Positions 23,979 through 36,061 of a DNA stretch of 59,578 nucleotides are shown piece by piece. The stretch comes from Escherichia coli (GTDB taxonomy: Bacteria; Pseudomonadota; Gammaproteobacteria; Enterobacterales; Enterobacteriaceae). The translations under genes and the position numbers were made by a program. The notes under the pieces were generated by a model. That model had not been told where the DNA came from, did no database searches, and saw nothing but the letters and a program-made list of their open reading frames with translations. Numbering within the stretch: the first letter of the stretch is position 1; every line of letters begins with the position of its first letter. The stretch lies in assembly GCF_003334255.1 (NCBI RefSeq), contig NZ_QOWU01000030.1, one strand, 5' to 3'.

Positions 23979-24986
23979 TTACTTAATCACCCCATTGCGC
24001 CGCAGTTGTTCGGTATCTTTTTTCCAGCGTTCATTAGCTTGGTTGATATCGTCAATTTTCATCAAAATCGCGACTTTTTTACTGTTTATTTCTGAAACTT
24101 TCATCGTTAACGGATATTGCCCTTTTTCGAGCGTTACCCAGTCATCCTGCAATTTACGGCTAAGTTTTTGTGATTGCAGAAAAGTCTGTCGCCGTTGTTC
24201 GTTGATATCGAAATCTCGTTTCTGCTGAATCGGCACTTCATAACACTCTTCACTCTGTTTATGACATGCCGCAATCGCCGGTTGATAAACCTCTTTGTCA
24301 TATTTAACCGCGAACGCCTCGCTATCGTTCTGTTTATTAAACTCATCACGCTGTTGGTGAATTTTTTTAAAGGCGTCTTCGCGGGTCATTTGCTTACCGT
24401 TTGCATCTTTTCCCCAATATGCATCCGCTGCTTTCTGCGCCGCCACCATTTGCTTATCAAGCGCTTTCACTTCCTTTTCCAGCGCAGGAATCGAGTTCTT
24501 CTGGGTATTCAACGCAGATTCAAGCTGACTAAAGCGATAATTGAAATCTTCGCTATTCACGATCAGATATTTATTATTCGTTTTGATATCGTCGACCACC
24601 CGCCCACGATCGCTGGCTGCCGCCTGAAAAGAGTAAAAGTTCACCGACCAGCCAGACGCGGGCGTTCCTTTACTGGTTAACATCGCCGAGAATTTTACCG
24701 GTTTATCTTTCGTCCAGGTCTGTTCGAGCAGTTCGTAATCTGCCAACTGACCGACCCAGGTATAGAGATCGTCACTGGAAGAGACATCGCCTTCCGCTGA
24801 CCAGGTGGCCTGATTACCCTTAGCATCAAGATTTTTTAAGGTGATAGCATCAAGCTTGAGAATGCCGTGATACTGCTTTTTGAATTGATCTTTTAAGATA
24901 TTTTCAGTTGGCGGTTCGCCATCTGCCCAGGCATTACCAGTCATCAACATAAGCAGTGCCGTGCCAACAATCCATTGCTTTTTCAC
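23979..24986 (-). CDS. yggM: DUF1202-type periplasmic protein YggM, 335 aa
   Basis: Signal peptide, conserved position. Confidence 0.8.
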   Translation of the reverse strand: MKKQWIVGTALLMLMTGNAWADGEPPTENILKDQFKKQYHGILKLDAITLKNLDAKGNQATWSAEGDVSSSDDLYTWVGQLADYELLEQTWTKDKPVKFSAMLTSKGTPASGWSVNFYSFQAAASDRGRVVDDIKTNNKYLIVNSEDFNYRFSQLESALNTQKNSIPALEKEVKALDKQMVAAQKAADAYWGKDANGKQMTREDAFKKIHQQRDEFNKQNDSEAFAVKYDKEVYQPAIAACHKQSEECYEVPIQQKRDFDINEQRRQTFLQSQKLSRKLQDDWVTLEKGQYPLTMKVSEINSKKVAILMKIDDINQANERWKKDTEQLRRNGVIK

Positions 24987-25060
24987 CCGAAAAACCTCAC
25001 GCGGAATAATTTATTCCGGTGATTATCATTAGGGTAATTAAAATTGGCAATGGACGTGAG

Positions 25061-25086
25061 TCTGAAGTGAAAAAGCCCCGGCACGA
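25061..25086 (-). terminator. ansB intrinsic terminator
   Basis: gccccgg…ccggggc hairpin with U-run on minus strand, 17 nt past ansB stop. Confidence 0.7.
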
Positions 25087-25102
25087 TACCGGGGCGAGGC
25101 GA

Positions 25103-26149
25103 TTAGTACTGATTGAAGATCTGCTGGATCTGCTGCGGATCTTTGGTTTGCGTCAGAGCCAGTTGCAGCAGAACGCGCGCTTTTTGCGGGTTCAGCGTGC
25201 CAGAGGCGACGAAGCCGTATTTCGCATCATCCACTTCGGCATCCTGAGTGGTAGCGCCCGTCGGTACGCGGGAAGAACGCACGACTGCAGTACCGGTTTT
25301 CGCGGCGGTCGCCAGCGTGTCGAACACAGATTTATACAGGTTGCCGTTACCCACACCAGCGCTAACGATGCCATCATAGCCCGCATCTACCAGTGCTTTA
25401 GCCGGAAGATCGGATGCGTTAGCGTAGTTATAAACAATGCCGACTTTCGGCAGTTCATTCAGCTTAGAGACATCGAATGGCGTGTCGCTGGTATGCTTAC
25501 GTGCCGGGGTACGCTGGTAGTCAATCTTACCGTTGTGAATGTAACCCAGAGGACCGTAGTTAACAGACTTGAAGGTCGCTACGTCGGTGGTGTTGGTTTT
25601 GGTGACGTCACGGCCATCAAGCACGGTGTCATTCATCACTACCAGCACGCCACGGTTGGCGGAGGCTTTATCAGCTGCGGTCACTACCGCGTTATACAGG
25701 TTGAATGGACCGTCTGCGCTCATAGACGTGGACGGACGCATTGCGCCGACCATCACCACCGGTTTGTCGCATTTCACCGTCAGGTCGAGGAAGTAAGCAG
25801 TTTCTTCCATCGTGTCGGTACCGTGGGTAATGACGAAGCCGTCGGTCTTATCGCAGTCGGTGTTAATTTTTTTCGCCAGTGTCAGCCAGACATTATCGTT
25901 CATGTCCTGGGAGCCGATATTCACTACCTGCTCGCCTTTAACGTTCGCAATGTCTTTTAGTTGCGGCACCGCATTAACCAGATTTTCTACGCCAACTTTA
26001 CCCGCTGTGTAGTTAGATTTGGTTGCGGAGTCACCACCACCGGCAATGGTCCCGCCGGTTGCTAAAATGGTGATATTGGGTAATGCCAATGCTGCACCAC
26101 TAAAACCCATAACCAGTGCGGCAAGTGCCGTCTTTTTGAAAAACTCCAT
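25103..26149 (-). CDS. ansB: L-asparaginase II (periplasmic), 348 aa
   Basis: Signal peptide plus TGGTIAG active-site motif. Confidence 0.95.
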   Translation of the reverse strand: MEFFKKTALAALVMGFSGAALALPNITILATGGTIAGGGDSATKSNYTAGKVGVENLVNAVPQLKDIANVKGEQVVNIGSQDMNDNVWLTLAKKINTDCDKTDGFVITHGTDTMEETAYFLDLTVKCDKPVVMVGAMRPSTSMSADGPFNLYNAVVTAADKASANRGVLVVMNDTVLDGRDVTKTNTTDVATFKSVNYGPLGYIHNGKIDYQRTPARKHTSDTPFDVSKLNELPKVGIVYNYANASDLPAKALVDAGYDGIVSAGVGNGNLYKSVFDTLATAAKTGTAVVRSSRVPTGATTQDAEVDDAKYGFVASGTLNPQKARVLLQLALTQTKDPQQIQQIFNQY

Positions 26150-26324
26150 TTCATTCCTCCAGTTACGTGAACGCTACGCATTATCCCTTAGCTCTGTATG
26201 GGAAATTTGACGTTAAACAATTTACAACGTGAATATATTTTGGAGATCTACAAAGTTAGAGGCAGGTAACAAAACGAAGAATTAAACGGCATAAAAAAGT
26301 ATTATGCCGTCTTAAAATAGAGGA

Positions 26325-27044
26325 TTATTTTAAATTCCCGACCAGGGCTTTGCGGCTATCTTCCAGAGTCACAACGCGGCTACAAACATCTTTGCCAAAC
26401 TGCTGGAAATCTTTTTCCTGCTTTTTCCACTCGGTTTGGATTGAGGATTGCAGCCCCCCCAGGCTTCCCAGCACATTCTGTAATGGGTTACCGCCGCTTT
26501 TCAGCACCGCTTTCGCGCCCATTTCATTAATGCTGTCCTGTAAAATTCCACCCATTGCCTGATTCACTAATTGCTGGCCTTCGGCGCGAACCTGATCAAT
26601 GGCTTTATAGTGAAACGTCAGGCCATCGCTGCGCGTTTCAATAATGCGGTTCATCTGCTCTTTCAGCTGCGCATCAAGTTTGGTCAGACGGCTGCGCATT
26701 TTGCTGCTTTCGCCCATCTCCTGAACGATAATTTTATCCAGAGCAATACGGGCTTTCTCGACGCGGCTTTTCGCGCCTTCATCAATCCACGGCAGCGTGC
26801 TGCGTAGTTCAGCCTGATAATCCTTCGCCTGCTCGCGCTGGGCGGCATTCAGGGAATATTGCTTACCGTTATACATCACGTTGCCGTCTGGCGTGATCAC
26901 CAGATTGCCGTTTTCGCCCTTCACCTGCACGGTTTGCGGGCTGACAATCACATCGTCACGCGGCGTGACGCTGCACTGGTAGTCGGCGTGAGCGGTCATT
27001 GCCGTCACTGAAAGTGCTGCCGCCAGCAGCATTTTGCGCATCAT
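26325..27044 (-). CDS. yggN: DUF2884 periplasmic protein YggN, 239 aa
   Basis: Signal peptide, conserved position. Confidence 0.8.
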   Translation of the reverse strand: MMRKMLLAAALSVTAMTAHADYQCSVTPRDDVIVSPQTVQVKGENGNLVITPDGNVMYNGKQYSLNAAQREQAKDYQAELRSTLPWIDEGAKSRVEKARIALDKIIVQEMGESSKMRSRLTKLDAQLKEQMNRIIETRSDGLTFHYKAIDQVRAEGQQLVNQAMGGILQDSINEMGAKAVLKSGGNPLQNVLGSLGGLQSSIQTEWKKQEKDFQQFGKDVCSRVVTLEDSRKALVGNLK

Positions 27045-27104
27045 AGTCTTCCCTCAAGAAAAAATCAGGCCAGCATTTGCTGGCCCCAGATTGATAACAA
27101 AGTA

Positions 27105-27200
27105 CGCGTTTTCCATGCCGGATGCGGCGTAAACACCTTATCCCGCCTACTCGATCGTGCATCTTTCCAGGCCTGATAAGCGTAGCGCATCAGGCAGTTT
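27105..27200. repeat. REP/BIME elements
   Basis: gccggatgcggcgtaaacaccttatcc … ggcctgataagcgtagcgcatcaggc. Confidence 0.75.
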
Positions 27201-27227
27201 TGCATTTGTCATCGCCCGTATGCTTTC

Positions 27228-27554
27228 TTAGTCCCACCAAACGTCGAAAAGTTCGCTGGTGCGTACCTCATCCAGTTTGCGCTCTTCCAGCCACTTACGC
27301 ACAATCGCCTGATGTTCTTCGGTGCATTTGCCGATTTCCTGCATGCAGATCAGACCTTCCCAGGCCAGATAACCGCTGCCGTCAAAGGCCAGTTTGTTCG
27401 GTTCGATAACCTCGTTAATAAAATCATCAACGGTTTTATCAATCTGTTCTTCCGATGTACCTTCCGGGAATCGCCATGCCACCGAAAATCCTAATTCCTG
27501 GAATTCGTCGATGTGCATTTTTTTACGCAGACGACGGCTACGGTTCTTTGCCAT
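27228..27554 (-). CDS. yggL: DUF469 protein YggL, 108 aa
   Basis: Start [12 protein letters not shown] at 27554 (track ORF over-extended); 1-nt overlap with trmB stop. Confidence 0.85.
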   Translation of the reverse strand: MAKNRSRRLRKKMHIDEFQELGFSVAWRFPEGTSEEQIDKTVDDFINEVIEPNKLAFDGSGYLAWEGLICMQEIGKCTEEHQAIVRKWLEERKLDEVRTSELFDVWWD

Positions 27555-28273
27555 TATTTCACCCTCTCGAACATTAAGTCCCATACTCCGTGACCAAGAC
27601 GATGACCACGTTGTTCAAATTTCGTCACCGGACGTGATGCCGGACGCGGTACGTAATCATTGCTCTCTGACAGGTTTTTATAACCGTCAATAGAAGACAT
27701 CACTTCAAGCATATGTTCCGCATAAGGTTCCCAGTCGGTCGCCATATGGAATACGCCCCCCAGCTGCAGTTTGCTTTTTACCAGTTCGGCAAACGGCACC
27801 TGAACGATACGGCGTTTATTATGGCGCGCTTTGTGCCACGGGTCAGGGAAAAAGAGCTGCACCATGCGCAATGAATTGTCAGGAATCATTTTATGCAGCA
27901 CTTCAACCGCATCGTGACACATCACGCGCAGGTTGCTTAAACCTTCTTCATGCGCAGAAGCCAGGCACGCACCAACGCCCGGTGAATGCACTTCAATGCC
28001 GAGGAAGTCCTGCTCAGGGCGATCTTTAGCCATTGCCACCAGCGACGCCCCCATGCCAAAACCAATCTCAAGCGTCACCGGCGCTTCACGGCCAAAAAGC
28101 GCGGGGAAATCCAGCATATCTTCGCTGAACTCAACGCCCATCACCGGCCAGTAGTTTTCCAGCGCATGTTCCTGGCCTTTGGTCAGTCGCCCCTGGCGGC
28201 GCACAAAACTACGGATACGGCGCAGTGGGCGGCCGTTTTCATCAAATTCCGGTGAAATGACGTCGTTTTTCAT
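27554..28273 (-). CDS. trmB: tRNA (guanine46-N7)-methyltransferase, 239 aa
   Basis: SAM-MTase motifs, conserved position. Confidence 0.92.
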   Translation of the reverse strand: MKNDVISPEFDENGRPLRRIRSFVRRQGRLTKGQEHALENYWPVMGVEFSEDMLDFPALFGREAPVTLEIGFGMGASLVAMAKDRPEQDFLGIEVHSPGVGACLASAHEEGLSNLRVMCHDAVEVLHKMIPDNSLRMVQLFFPDPWHKARHNKRRIVQVPFAELVKSKLQLGGVFHMATDWEPYAEHMLEVMSSIDGYKNLSESNDYVPRPASRPVTKFEQRGHRLGHGVWDLMFERVK

Positions 28274-28433
28274 AAAGGTTTAGTCGCTTGTGAAAGTGTT
28301 CTGAAAACGGGCATTATCCAAAGTTAGTTGCCGGATGCAAGCATGATAAGGCCGTGGCTGCGGAAAGTTCCGGTTTACACCCTGCCGTCGCTGTGCTGCA
28401 ATCTTGCCCCCAACAACAGTGAATTCGGTGACC

Positions 28434-29486
28434 ATGCAAGCGTCGCAATTTTCAGCCCAGGTTCTGGACTGGTACGATAAATACGGGCGAAAAACTCTGC
28501 CCTGGCAAATTGACAAGACGCCCTACAAAGTATGGCTCTCAGAAGTGATGTTGCAACAAACTCAGGTTGCGACCGTTATCCCCTATTTTGAACGCTTTAT
28601 GGCGCGCTTCCCGACGGTGACCGATCTCGCCAATGCGCCGCTCGACGAAGTTCTCCACTTGTGGACCGGGCTTGGCTATTACGCCCGCGCGCGCAATCTG
28701 CATAAAGCGGCACAACAAGTGGCGACCTTACACGGCGGTAAATTCCCGGAAACCTTTGAGGAAGTTGCAGCACTGCCGGGCGTCGGGCGTTCCACCGCAG
28801 GCGCGATTCTCTCGCTTTCTCTGGGTAAGCACTTTCCGATTCTCGACGGTAACGTCAAACGCGTGCTGGCGCGCTGCTATGCTGTAAGCGGCTGGCCTGG
28901 GAAAAAAGAGGTCGAGAATAAATTATGGAGTTTGAGCGAGCAGGTGACGCCCGCGGTTGGCGTGGAACGGTTTAATCAGGCGATGATGGATTTGGGTGCG
29001 ATGATTTGTACGCGCTCGAAACCGAAATGTTCGCTCTGTCCGCTACAAAACGGATGTATTGCCGCCGCCAACAATAGCTGGGCGCTTTATCCGGGCAAAA
29101 AACCGAAACAGACGCTGCCGGAGCGCACCGGCTACTTTTTGCTATTACAGCACGAAGATGAAGTATTGCTGGCGCAGCGTCCGCCGAGCGGATTGTGGGG
29201 CGGTTTATACTGTTTCCCGCAGTTTGCCGACGAAGAAAGTTTGCGGCAGTGGCTGGCGCAACGGCAGATTGCTGCCGATAACCTGACGCAACTGACCGCG
29301 TTTCGGCATACCTTCAGCCATTTCCACTTAGATATTGTGCCTATGTGGCTTCCCGTGTCGTCATTCACCGGCTGCATGGATGAAGGCAATGCGCTCTGGT
29401 ATAACTTAGCGCAACCGCCGTCAGTTGGCCTGGCGGCTCCCGTGGAGCGTTTGTTACAGCAGTTACGCACTGGCGCGCCGGTTTAG
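28434..29486 (+). CDS. mutY: Adenine DNA glycosylase, 350 aa
   Basis: HhH-GPD domain and [4Fe-4S] Cys cluster (C-x6-C-x2-C-x5-C); start [14 protein letters not shown] at 28434. Confidence 0.95.
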   Translation: MQASQFSAQVLDWYDKYGRKTLPWQIDKTPYKVWLSEVMLQQTQVATVIPYFERFMARFPTVTDLANAPLDEVLHLWTGLGYYARARNLHKAAQQVATLHGGKFPETFEEVAALPGVGRSTAGAILSLSLGKHFPILDGNVKRVLARCYAVSGWPGKKEVENKLWSLSEQVTPAVGVERFNQAMMDLGAMICTRSKPKCSLCPLQNGCIAAANNSWALYPGKKPKQTLPERTGYFLLLQHEDEVLLAQRPPSGLWGGLYCFPQFADEESLRQWLAQRQIAADNLTQLTAFRHTFSHFHLDIVPMWLPVSSFTGCMDEGNALWYNLAQPPSVGLAAPVERLLQQLRTGAPV

Positions 29487-29510
29487 CGCGTGAGTCGATA
29501 AAGAGGATGA

Positions 29511-29789
<279 letters not shown>

Positions 29790-29826
29790 AAACAGTGCCG
29801 GAGCACGCCTCCGGCAACTTGCATAA

Positions 29827-30933
<1,107 letters not shown>

Positions 30934-31134
30934 TTCCATTAACCGCCCCTGACGATGCTCAGGGGCAAAAATGTTATCCACATCACAATTTCGTTTTGCA
31001 AATTGGGAATGTTTGCAATTATTTGCCACAGGTAACAAAAAACCAGTCCGCGAAGTTGATAGAATCCCATCATCTCGCACGGTCAAATGTGCTTTTTCAA
31101 ACACTCATCCGCATCACGATGTGAGGAAATTAAC

Positions 31135-32391
31135 ATGAATCTTAAGCTGCAGCTGAAAATCCTCTCTTTTCTGCAGTTCTGTCTGTGGGGAAGTTGGCTG
31201 ACGACCCTCGGCTCCTATATGTTTGTTACCCTGAAGTTTGACGGTGCTTCTATTGGCGCAGTTTATAGCTCACTGGGTATCGCAGCGGTCTTTATGCCTG
31301 CGCTGCTGGGGATTGTGGCCGACAAATGGTTAAGTGCGAAATGGGTATATGCCATTTGCCACACCATTGGCGCTATCACGCTGTTCATGGCGGCACAGGT
31401 CACGACACCGGAAGCGATGTTCCTTGTGATATTGATTAACTCGTTTGCTTATATGCCAACGCTTGGGTTAATCAACACCATCTCTTACTATCGCCTGCAA
31501 AATGCCGGGATGGATATCGTTACTGACTTCCCGCCAATCCGTATCTGGGGCACCATCGGCTTTATCATGGCAATGTGGGTGGTGAGCCTGTCTGGCTTCG
31601 AATTAAGCCACATGCAGCTGTATATTGGCGCAGCACTTTCCGCCATTCTGGTTCTGTTTACCCTGACTCTGCCGCATATTCCGGTTGCTAAACAGCAAGC
31701 GAATCAGAGCTGGACAACCCTGCTGGGCCTCGATGCATTCGCGCTGTTTAAAAACAAGCGTATGGCAATCTTCTTTATCTTCTCAATGCTGCTGGGCGCG
31801 GAACTGCAGATTACCAACATGTTCGGTAATACCTTCCTGCACAGCTTCGACAAAGATCCGATGTTTGCCAGCAGCTTTATTGTGCAGCATGCGTCAATCA
31901 TCATGTCGATTTCGCAGATCTCTGAAACCCTGTTCATTCTGACCATCCCGTTCTTCTTAAGCCGCTACGGTATTAAGAACGTAATGATGATCAGTATTGT
32001 GGCGTGGATCCTGCGTTTTGCGCTGTTTGCTTACGGCGACCCGACTCCGTTCGGTACTGTACTGCTGGTACTGTCGATGATCGTTTACGGTTGCGCATTC
32101 GACTTCTTCAACATCTCTGGTTCGGTGTTTGTCGAAAAAGAAGTTAGCCCGGCAATTCGCGCCAGTGCACAAGGGATGTTCCTGATGATGACTAACGGCT
32201 TCGGCTGTATCCTCGGCGGCATCGTGAGCGGTAAAGTTGTTGAGATGTACACCCAAAACGGCATTACCGACTGGCAGACCGTATGGTTGATTTTCGCTGG
32301 TTACTCCGTGGTTCTGGCCTTCGCGTTCATGGCGATGTTCAAATATAAACACGTTCGTGTCCCGACAGGCACACAGACGGTTAGCCACTAA
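31135..32391 (+). CDS. nupG: Nucleoside:H+ symporter, 418 aa
   Basis: Start MNLKLQLKILSF at 31135 (track ORF over-extended). Confidence 0.93.
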   Translation: MNLKLQLKILSFLQFCLWGSWLTTLGSYMFVTLKFDGASIGAVYSSLGIAAVFMPALLGIVADKWLSAKWVYAICHTIGAITLFMAAQVTTPEAMFLVILINSFAYMPTLGLINTISYYRLQNAGMDIVTDFPPIRIWGTIGFIMAMWVVSLSGFELSHMQLYIGAALSAILVLFTLTLPHIPVAKQQANQSWTTLLGLDAFALFKNKRMAIFFIFSMLLGAELQITNMFGNTFLHSFDKDPMFASSFIVQHASIIMSISQISETLFILTIPFFLSRYGIKNVMMISIVAWILRFALFAYGDPTPFGTVLLVLSMIVYGCAFDFFNISGSVFVEKEVSPAIRASAQGMFLMMTNGFGCILGGIVSGKVVEMYTQNGITDWQTVWLIFAGYSVVLAFAFMAMFKYKHVRVPTGTQTVSH

Positions 32392-32400
32392 TTACGCAAA

Positions 32401-32437
32401 GAAAAACGGGTCGCCAGAAGGTGACCCGTTTTTTTTA
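32401..32437. terminator. Bidirectional intrinsic terminator shared by nupG and speC
   Basis: aaaaacgggtcgccagaaggtgacccgtttttttt; A-run and T-run on both sides of one hairpin. Confidence 0.8.
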
Positions 32438-32440
32438 TTC

Positions 32441-34576
32441 TTACTTCAACACATAACCGTACAACCGTTTCACGCCATCCGCATCGGTTTCGCTATAAAC
32501 ACCTTGCAGCTCCGGCGAAAATCCCGGCAACAAATTCACCCCTTCTTCCAGTGCAAGGAAATAACGTTGAACCGCCCCACCCCAGACTTCCCCGGGTACC
32601 ACGCAAAGCACGCCAGGTGGATAAGGCAACGCCCCTTCTGCCGCAATTCGCCCTTCGGCATCACGAATCCGCACCAACTCCACGTCACCGCGAATATAAG
32701 CGCTATGCGCATCCTGGGGGTTCATCACCACTGACGGGAAACTCTGCTGGCGGAACATCGCTTTTTGTAGGTCTTTGACGTCGAAACTGACATACAGATC
32801 GTGCATCTCCTGACACAACTGGCGCAGGGTGTAGTCGCGATAGCGCACCGGATACTTGTTATAAACGCTCGGCAACACCTCAACCAGCGGCGAGTCATCC
32901 TCAATATGCTGTTCAAATTGCGCCAGCATCGCCACCAGTTGTGCCAGCTTCTCGTGGCTTTCCGCCGGAGTTAATAAAAACAGAATGGAGTTGAGATCGC
33001 ACTTCTCCGGCACAATGCCGTTCTCACGCAGATAGTGCGCCAGAATCGTCGCCGGAACGCCAAAGTCGCTATATTCGCCGGTTTCGGCATCGATACCTGG
33101 TGTAGTGAGTAACAGCTTGCACGGATCAACAAAATACTGATCCGCGGCATATCCTTCAAAGCCGTGCCACTTCGCCCCCGGCTCAAAACTGAAAAAACGG
33201 CGGTCGCTGGCTAACACTGATGTCGGATAATCCTGCCACAATTTGCCATCAACAACGGGCGGGATAAACGGGCGGAACAGCTTACAGCGCGCAAGAATAG
33301 CCTTGCGCGCTTCAATCCCTATCTCAACACACTCAGCCCACAGCCGACGCCCACTCTCCCCTTCATGAATTTTGGCGTTAACATCCAGTGCAGCAAACAG
33401 CGGATAGAAAGGGCTGGTAGAAGCATGGAGCATAAAGGCGTTATTCAACCGCTTATGCGGGCAAAAACGCGCCTGTCCGCGGATATGGTTATCTTTTTTA
33501 TGGATCTGCGACGTCTGTGAGAATCCCGCCTGCTGTTTGTGCACCGACTGAGTCACAAAGATCCCCGGATCGTTTTCGTTAAGTTCTAACAGCAGCGGCG
33601 AGCTATCCGCCATCATCGGGATAAATTGTTCATAACCGACCCACGCGGAATCAAACAGAATGTAATCACACAGATGCCCAACGGTATCGATCACCTGACG
33701 GGCGTTATAGACAGTGCCGTCATAGGTTCCCAGCTGAATAATCGCCAGGCGATACGGGCGCGGCAGGTCGGCTTTTTCTGGCGCAACGTCGCGAATTTGC
33801 TGGCGCAGATACTCTTCATTAAAACAGTGCGCATCAATACCGCCAATGAAACCAAACGGGTTGCGTGAAGCTTCCAGATAGACCGGCGTCGCCCCCGCCT
33901 GAATCAGCGCGCCGTGATGATTCGACTTATGGTTGTTACGGTCGAAGAGCACCAGATCGCCACGCGTTAACAGCGCATTCGTCACCACTTTATTCGCTGC
34001 CGATGTGCCGTTCAGCACAAAATAGGTTTTATCGGCATGAAAGACTTTGGCTGCGAATTTCTGCGCATCTTTCGCCGATCCTTCATGAATAAGCAGATCG
34101 CCCAATTTTACGTCAGCGTTACACATATCGGCGCGAAAGACGTTCTCACCAAAGAAATCGTAAAAATGGCGTCCGGCAGGATGCTTTTTAAAAAACGCAC
34201 CATGTTGATGTCCAGGGCAAGCAAAGGTGCTGTTGCCCATCTCAACGTACTGCGTCAGCGTGTCATAAAACGGTGGCAGCAAATTCTCTTCATACTGACA
34301 GGCTGCGGATTCCAGCTCCAGCCACTGCTGCTCGTTGCCGTTGATTACCGCCGTAACGCCCGCAGGTAATTCAACAGCATGTTCGGAATACAAAAACACC
34401 GGTAGATGAAAACCGGTGCGCTTAAGCAACGCAAGAATGCCACTGCGACTATCCGCAGCGGTAATGACGACTGCCGCGACGTCCGTAAAATCAGTATCTC
34501 CCAACGCCACCACGCGACGATGAGAAGAAAGTCGGGATACCAGTTCACTACTGGCGGCAATATTCATTGATTTCAT
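32441..34576 (-). CDS. speC: Ornithine decarboxylase (constitutive), 711 aa
   Basis: Start MKSMNIAASSEL at 34576 (track ORF over-extended by 20 codons). Confidence 0.95.
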   Translation of the reverse strand: MKSMNIAASSELVSRLSSHRRVVALGDTDFTDVAAVVITAADSRSGILALLKRTGFHLPVFLYSEHAVELPAGVTAVINGNEQQWLELESAACQYEENLLPPFYDTLTQYVEMGNSTFACPGHQHGAFFKKHPAGRHFYDFFGENVFRADMCNADVKLGDLLIHEGSAKDAQKFAAKVFHADKTYFVLNGTSAANKVVTNALLTRGDLVLFDRNNHKSNHHGALIQAGATPVYLEASRNPFGFIGGIDAHCFNEEYLRQQIRDVAPEKADLPRPYRLAIIQLGTYDGTVYNARQVIDTVGHLCDYILFDSAWVGYEQFIPMMADSSPLLLELNENDPGIFVTQSVHKQQAGFSQTSQIHKKDNHIRGQARFCPHKRLNNAFMLHASTSPFYPLFAALDVNAKIHEGESGRRLWAECVEIGIEARKAILARCKLFRPFIPPVVDGKLWQDYPTSVLASDRRFFSFEPGAKWHGFEGYAADQYFVDPCKLLLTTPGIDAETGEYSDFGVPATILAHYLRENGIVPEKCDLNSILFLLTPAESHEKLAQLVAMLAQFEQHIEDDSPLVEVLPSVYNKYPVRYRDYTLRQLCQEMHDLYVSFDVKDLQKAMFRQQSFPSVVMNPQDAHSAYIRGDVELVRIRDAEGRIAAEGALPYPPGVLCVVPGEVWGGAVQRYFLALEEGVNLLPGFSPELQGVYSETDADGVKRLYGYVLK

Positions 34577-34973
34577 AAGCGCAAACCCGTTTCGGGGAAG
34601 TAAGAATACCGGACAAGGTGGAAAACCCTGCCCCATGAGATATGGGTCAAACTGGTCACCAGCTCCGACCGCCAGACATCAGTAAAAGCAGAAACGCTCT
34701 GATTTTACTGTTGTCCTGCAGTGAGCGTGCGTTAACTTCACCGCATGAGCAGTAACATAGAAAGGGAAACGTTTCGCGCGAAACGGCGATAAGCGAGAGA
34801 ATGTAAGGAGATGGCGTGCATCGGGCAAACTCCGTACAGAGAGGAGAAAATTCGCGCAATCATGGCACCTTTCGCTAAAGCGTGCAAGCCAGGACTTTGC
34901 GAACAAACAAGCCATCGACGGCACCAAACGGTCATAATAAGAAAATCAAACAATACAGCTAACAGGAACTCTT

Positions 34974-35681
34974 GTGGTCATCGGCCCTTTTATCAACGCT
35001 AGTGCAGTCTTACTGGGTGGCGTTCTCGGCGCACTGCTCAGCCAACGCTTACCGGAACGTATCCGCGTCTCCATGACATCAATTTTTGGTCTGGCATCGC
35101 TGGGGATTGGTATTTTACTGGTGGTGAAATGTGCCAACCTTCCAGCGATGGTTTTAGCTACGCTACTTGGCGCTCTAATTGGCGAAATTTGTTTGCTGGA
35201 GAAAGGTGTCAATACAGCAGTCGCCAAAGCACAAAATCTGTTTCGTCACTCACGTAAGAAGCCAGCGCATGAATCTTTTATTCAGAATTATGTCGCGATT
35301 ATTGTCCTGTTTTGCGCCAGCGGCACCGGGATCTTCGGGGCGATGAACGAAGGGATGACCGGCGATCCGAGTATTTTAATCGCCAAGTCATTTCTTGATT
35401 TCTTTACGGCGATGATCTTCGCCTGCTCGCTGGGTATTGCGGTATCGGTGATTAGTATCCCATTACTGATCATCCAGTTAACGCTGGCGTGGGCTGCCGC
35501 GCTGATTTTACCGCTGACCACACCGTCGATGATGGCAGACTTCAGCGCCGTAGGCGGTTTATTGCTGCTGGCAACCGGATTACGCATCTGTGGCATTAAA
35601 ATGTTCCCGGTGGTCAACATGCTTCCAGCACTCCTTCTGGCAATGCCGCTTTCCGCCGCCTGGACCGCCTGGTTTGCCTGA
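34974..35681 (+). CDS. yqgA: DUF554 inner-membrane protein YqgA, 235 aa
   Basis: Hydrophobic ORF with GTG start, immediately upstream of pheV. Confidence 0.8.
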
Positions 35682-35786
35682 CAATGCGTGCAATATCGGC
35701 AAAGTGATGATAGATTGTGCAGTCTGCAGTAAATTGAAGAAATTTGATTGACGAGACGAGGCGAATCAGGTTTAATGCGCCCCGTT

Positions 35787-35862
35787 GCCCGGATAGCTCA
35801 GTCGGTAGAGCAGGGGATTGAAAATCCCCGTGTCCTTGGTTCGATTCCGAGTCCGGGCACCA
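35787..35862 (+). tRNA. pheV: tRNA-Phe (GAA anticodon)
   Basis: 76-nt sequence gcccggatagctcagtcggtagagcaggggattgaaaatccccgtgtccttggttcgattccgagtccgggcacca with CCA end. Confidence 0.97.
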
Positions 35863-35968
35863 CCTTACATCAAAGCCACTGGTCAGGAGTGAGAACCCTG
35901 ACGGGTGTCATCGGGAAGGTGTAAGATGTCGTGAATGTCTCTCATGCCATCTCATTTTCTCGATTTAA

Positions 35969-35997
35969 GGAGCATGTTGGACGCATGCTCCTTTTCT
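35969..35997 (+). terminator. Hairpin terminator downstream of pheV
   Basis: ggagcatg…catgctcc stem followed by ttttctc. Confidence 0.5.
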
Positions 35998-36061
35998 CGA
36001 TCATTTATTATGCTTGCAAAGCTTTTTCAGGTTGTCAACAACGGCAAAACAAAGTCATGAT

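Noticed and set aside
25019-25960. 313-aa plus-strand ORF
   Set aside because: Antisense to ansB; spurious
35863-36061. Island attachment-site repeat of the tRNA 3' end inside the window
   Set aside because: I found no second copy of the pheV 3' segment by eye; attR presumably lies beyond the window, so island boundaries cannot be set from this sequence
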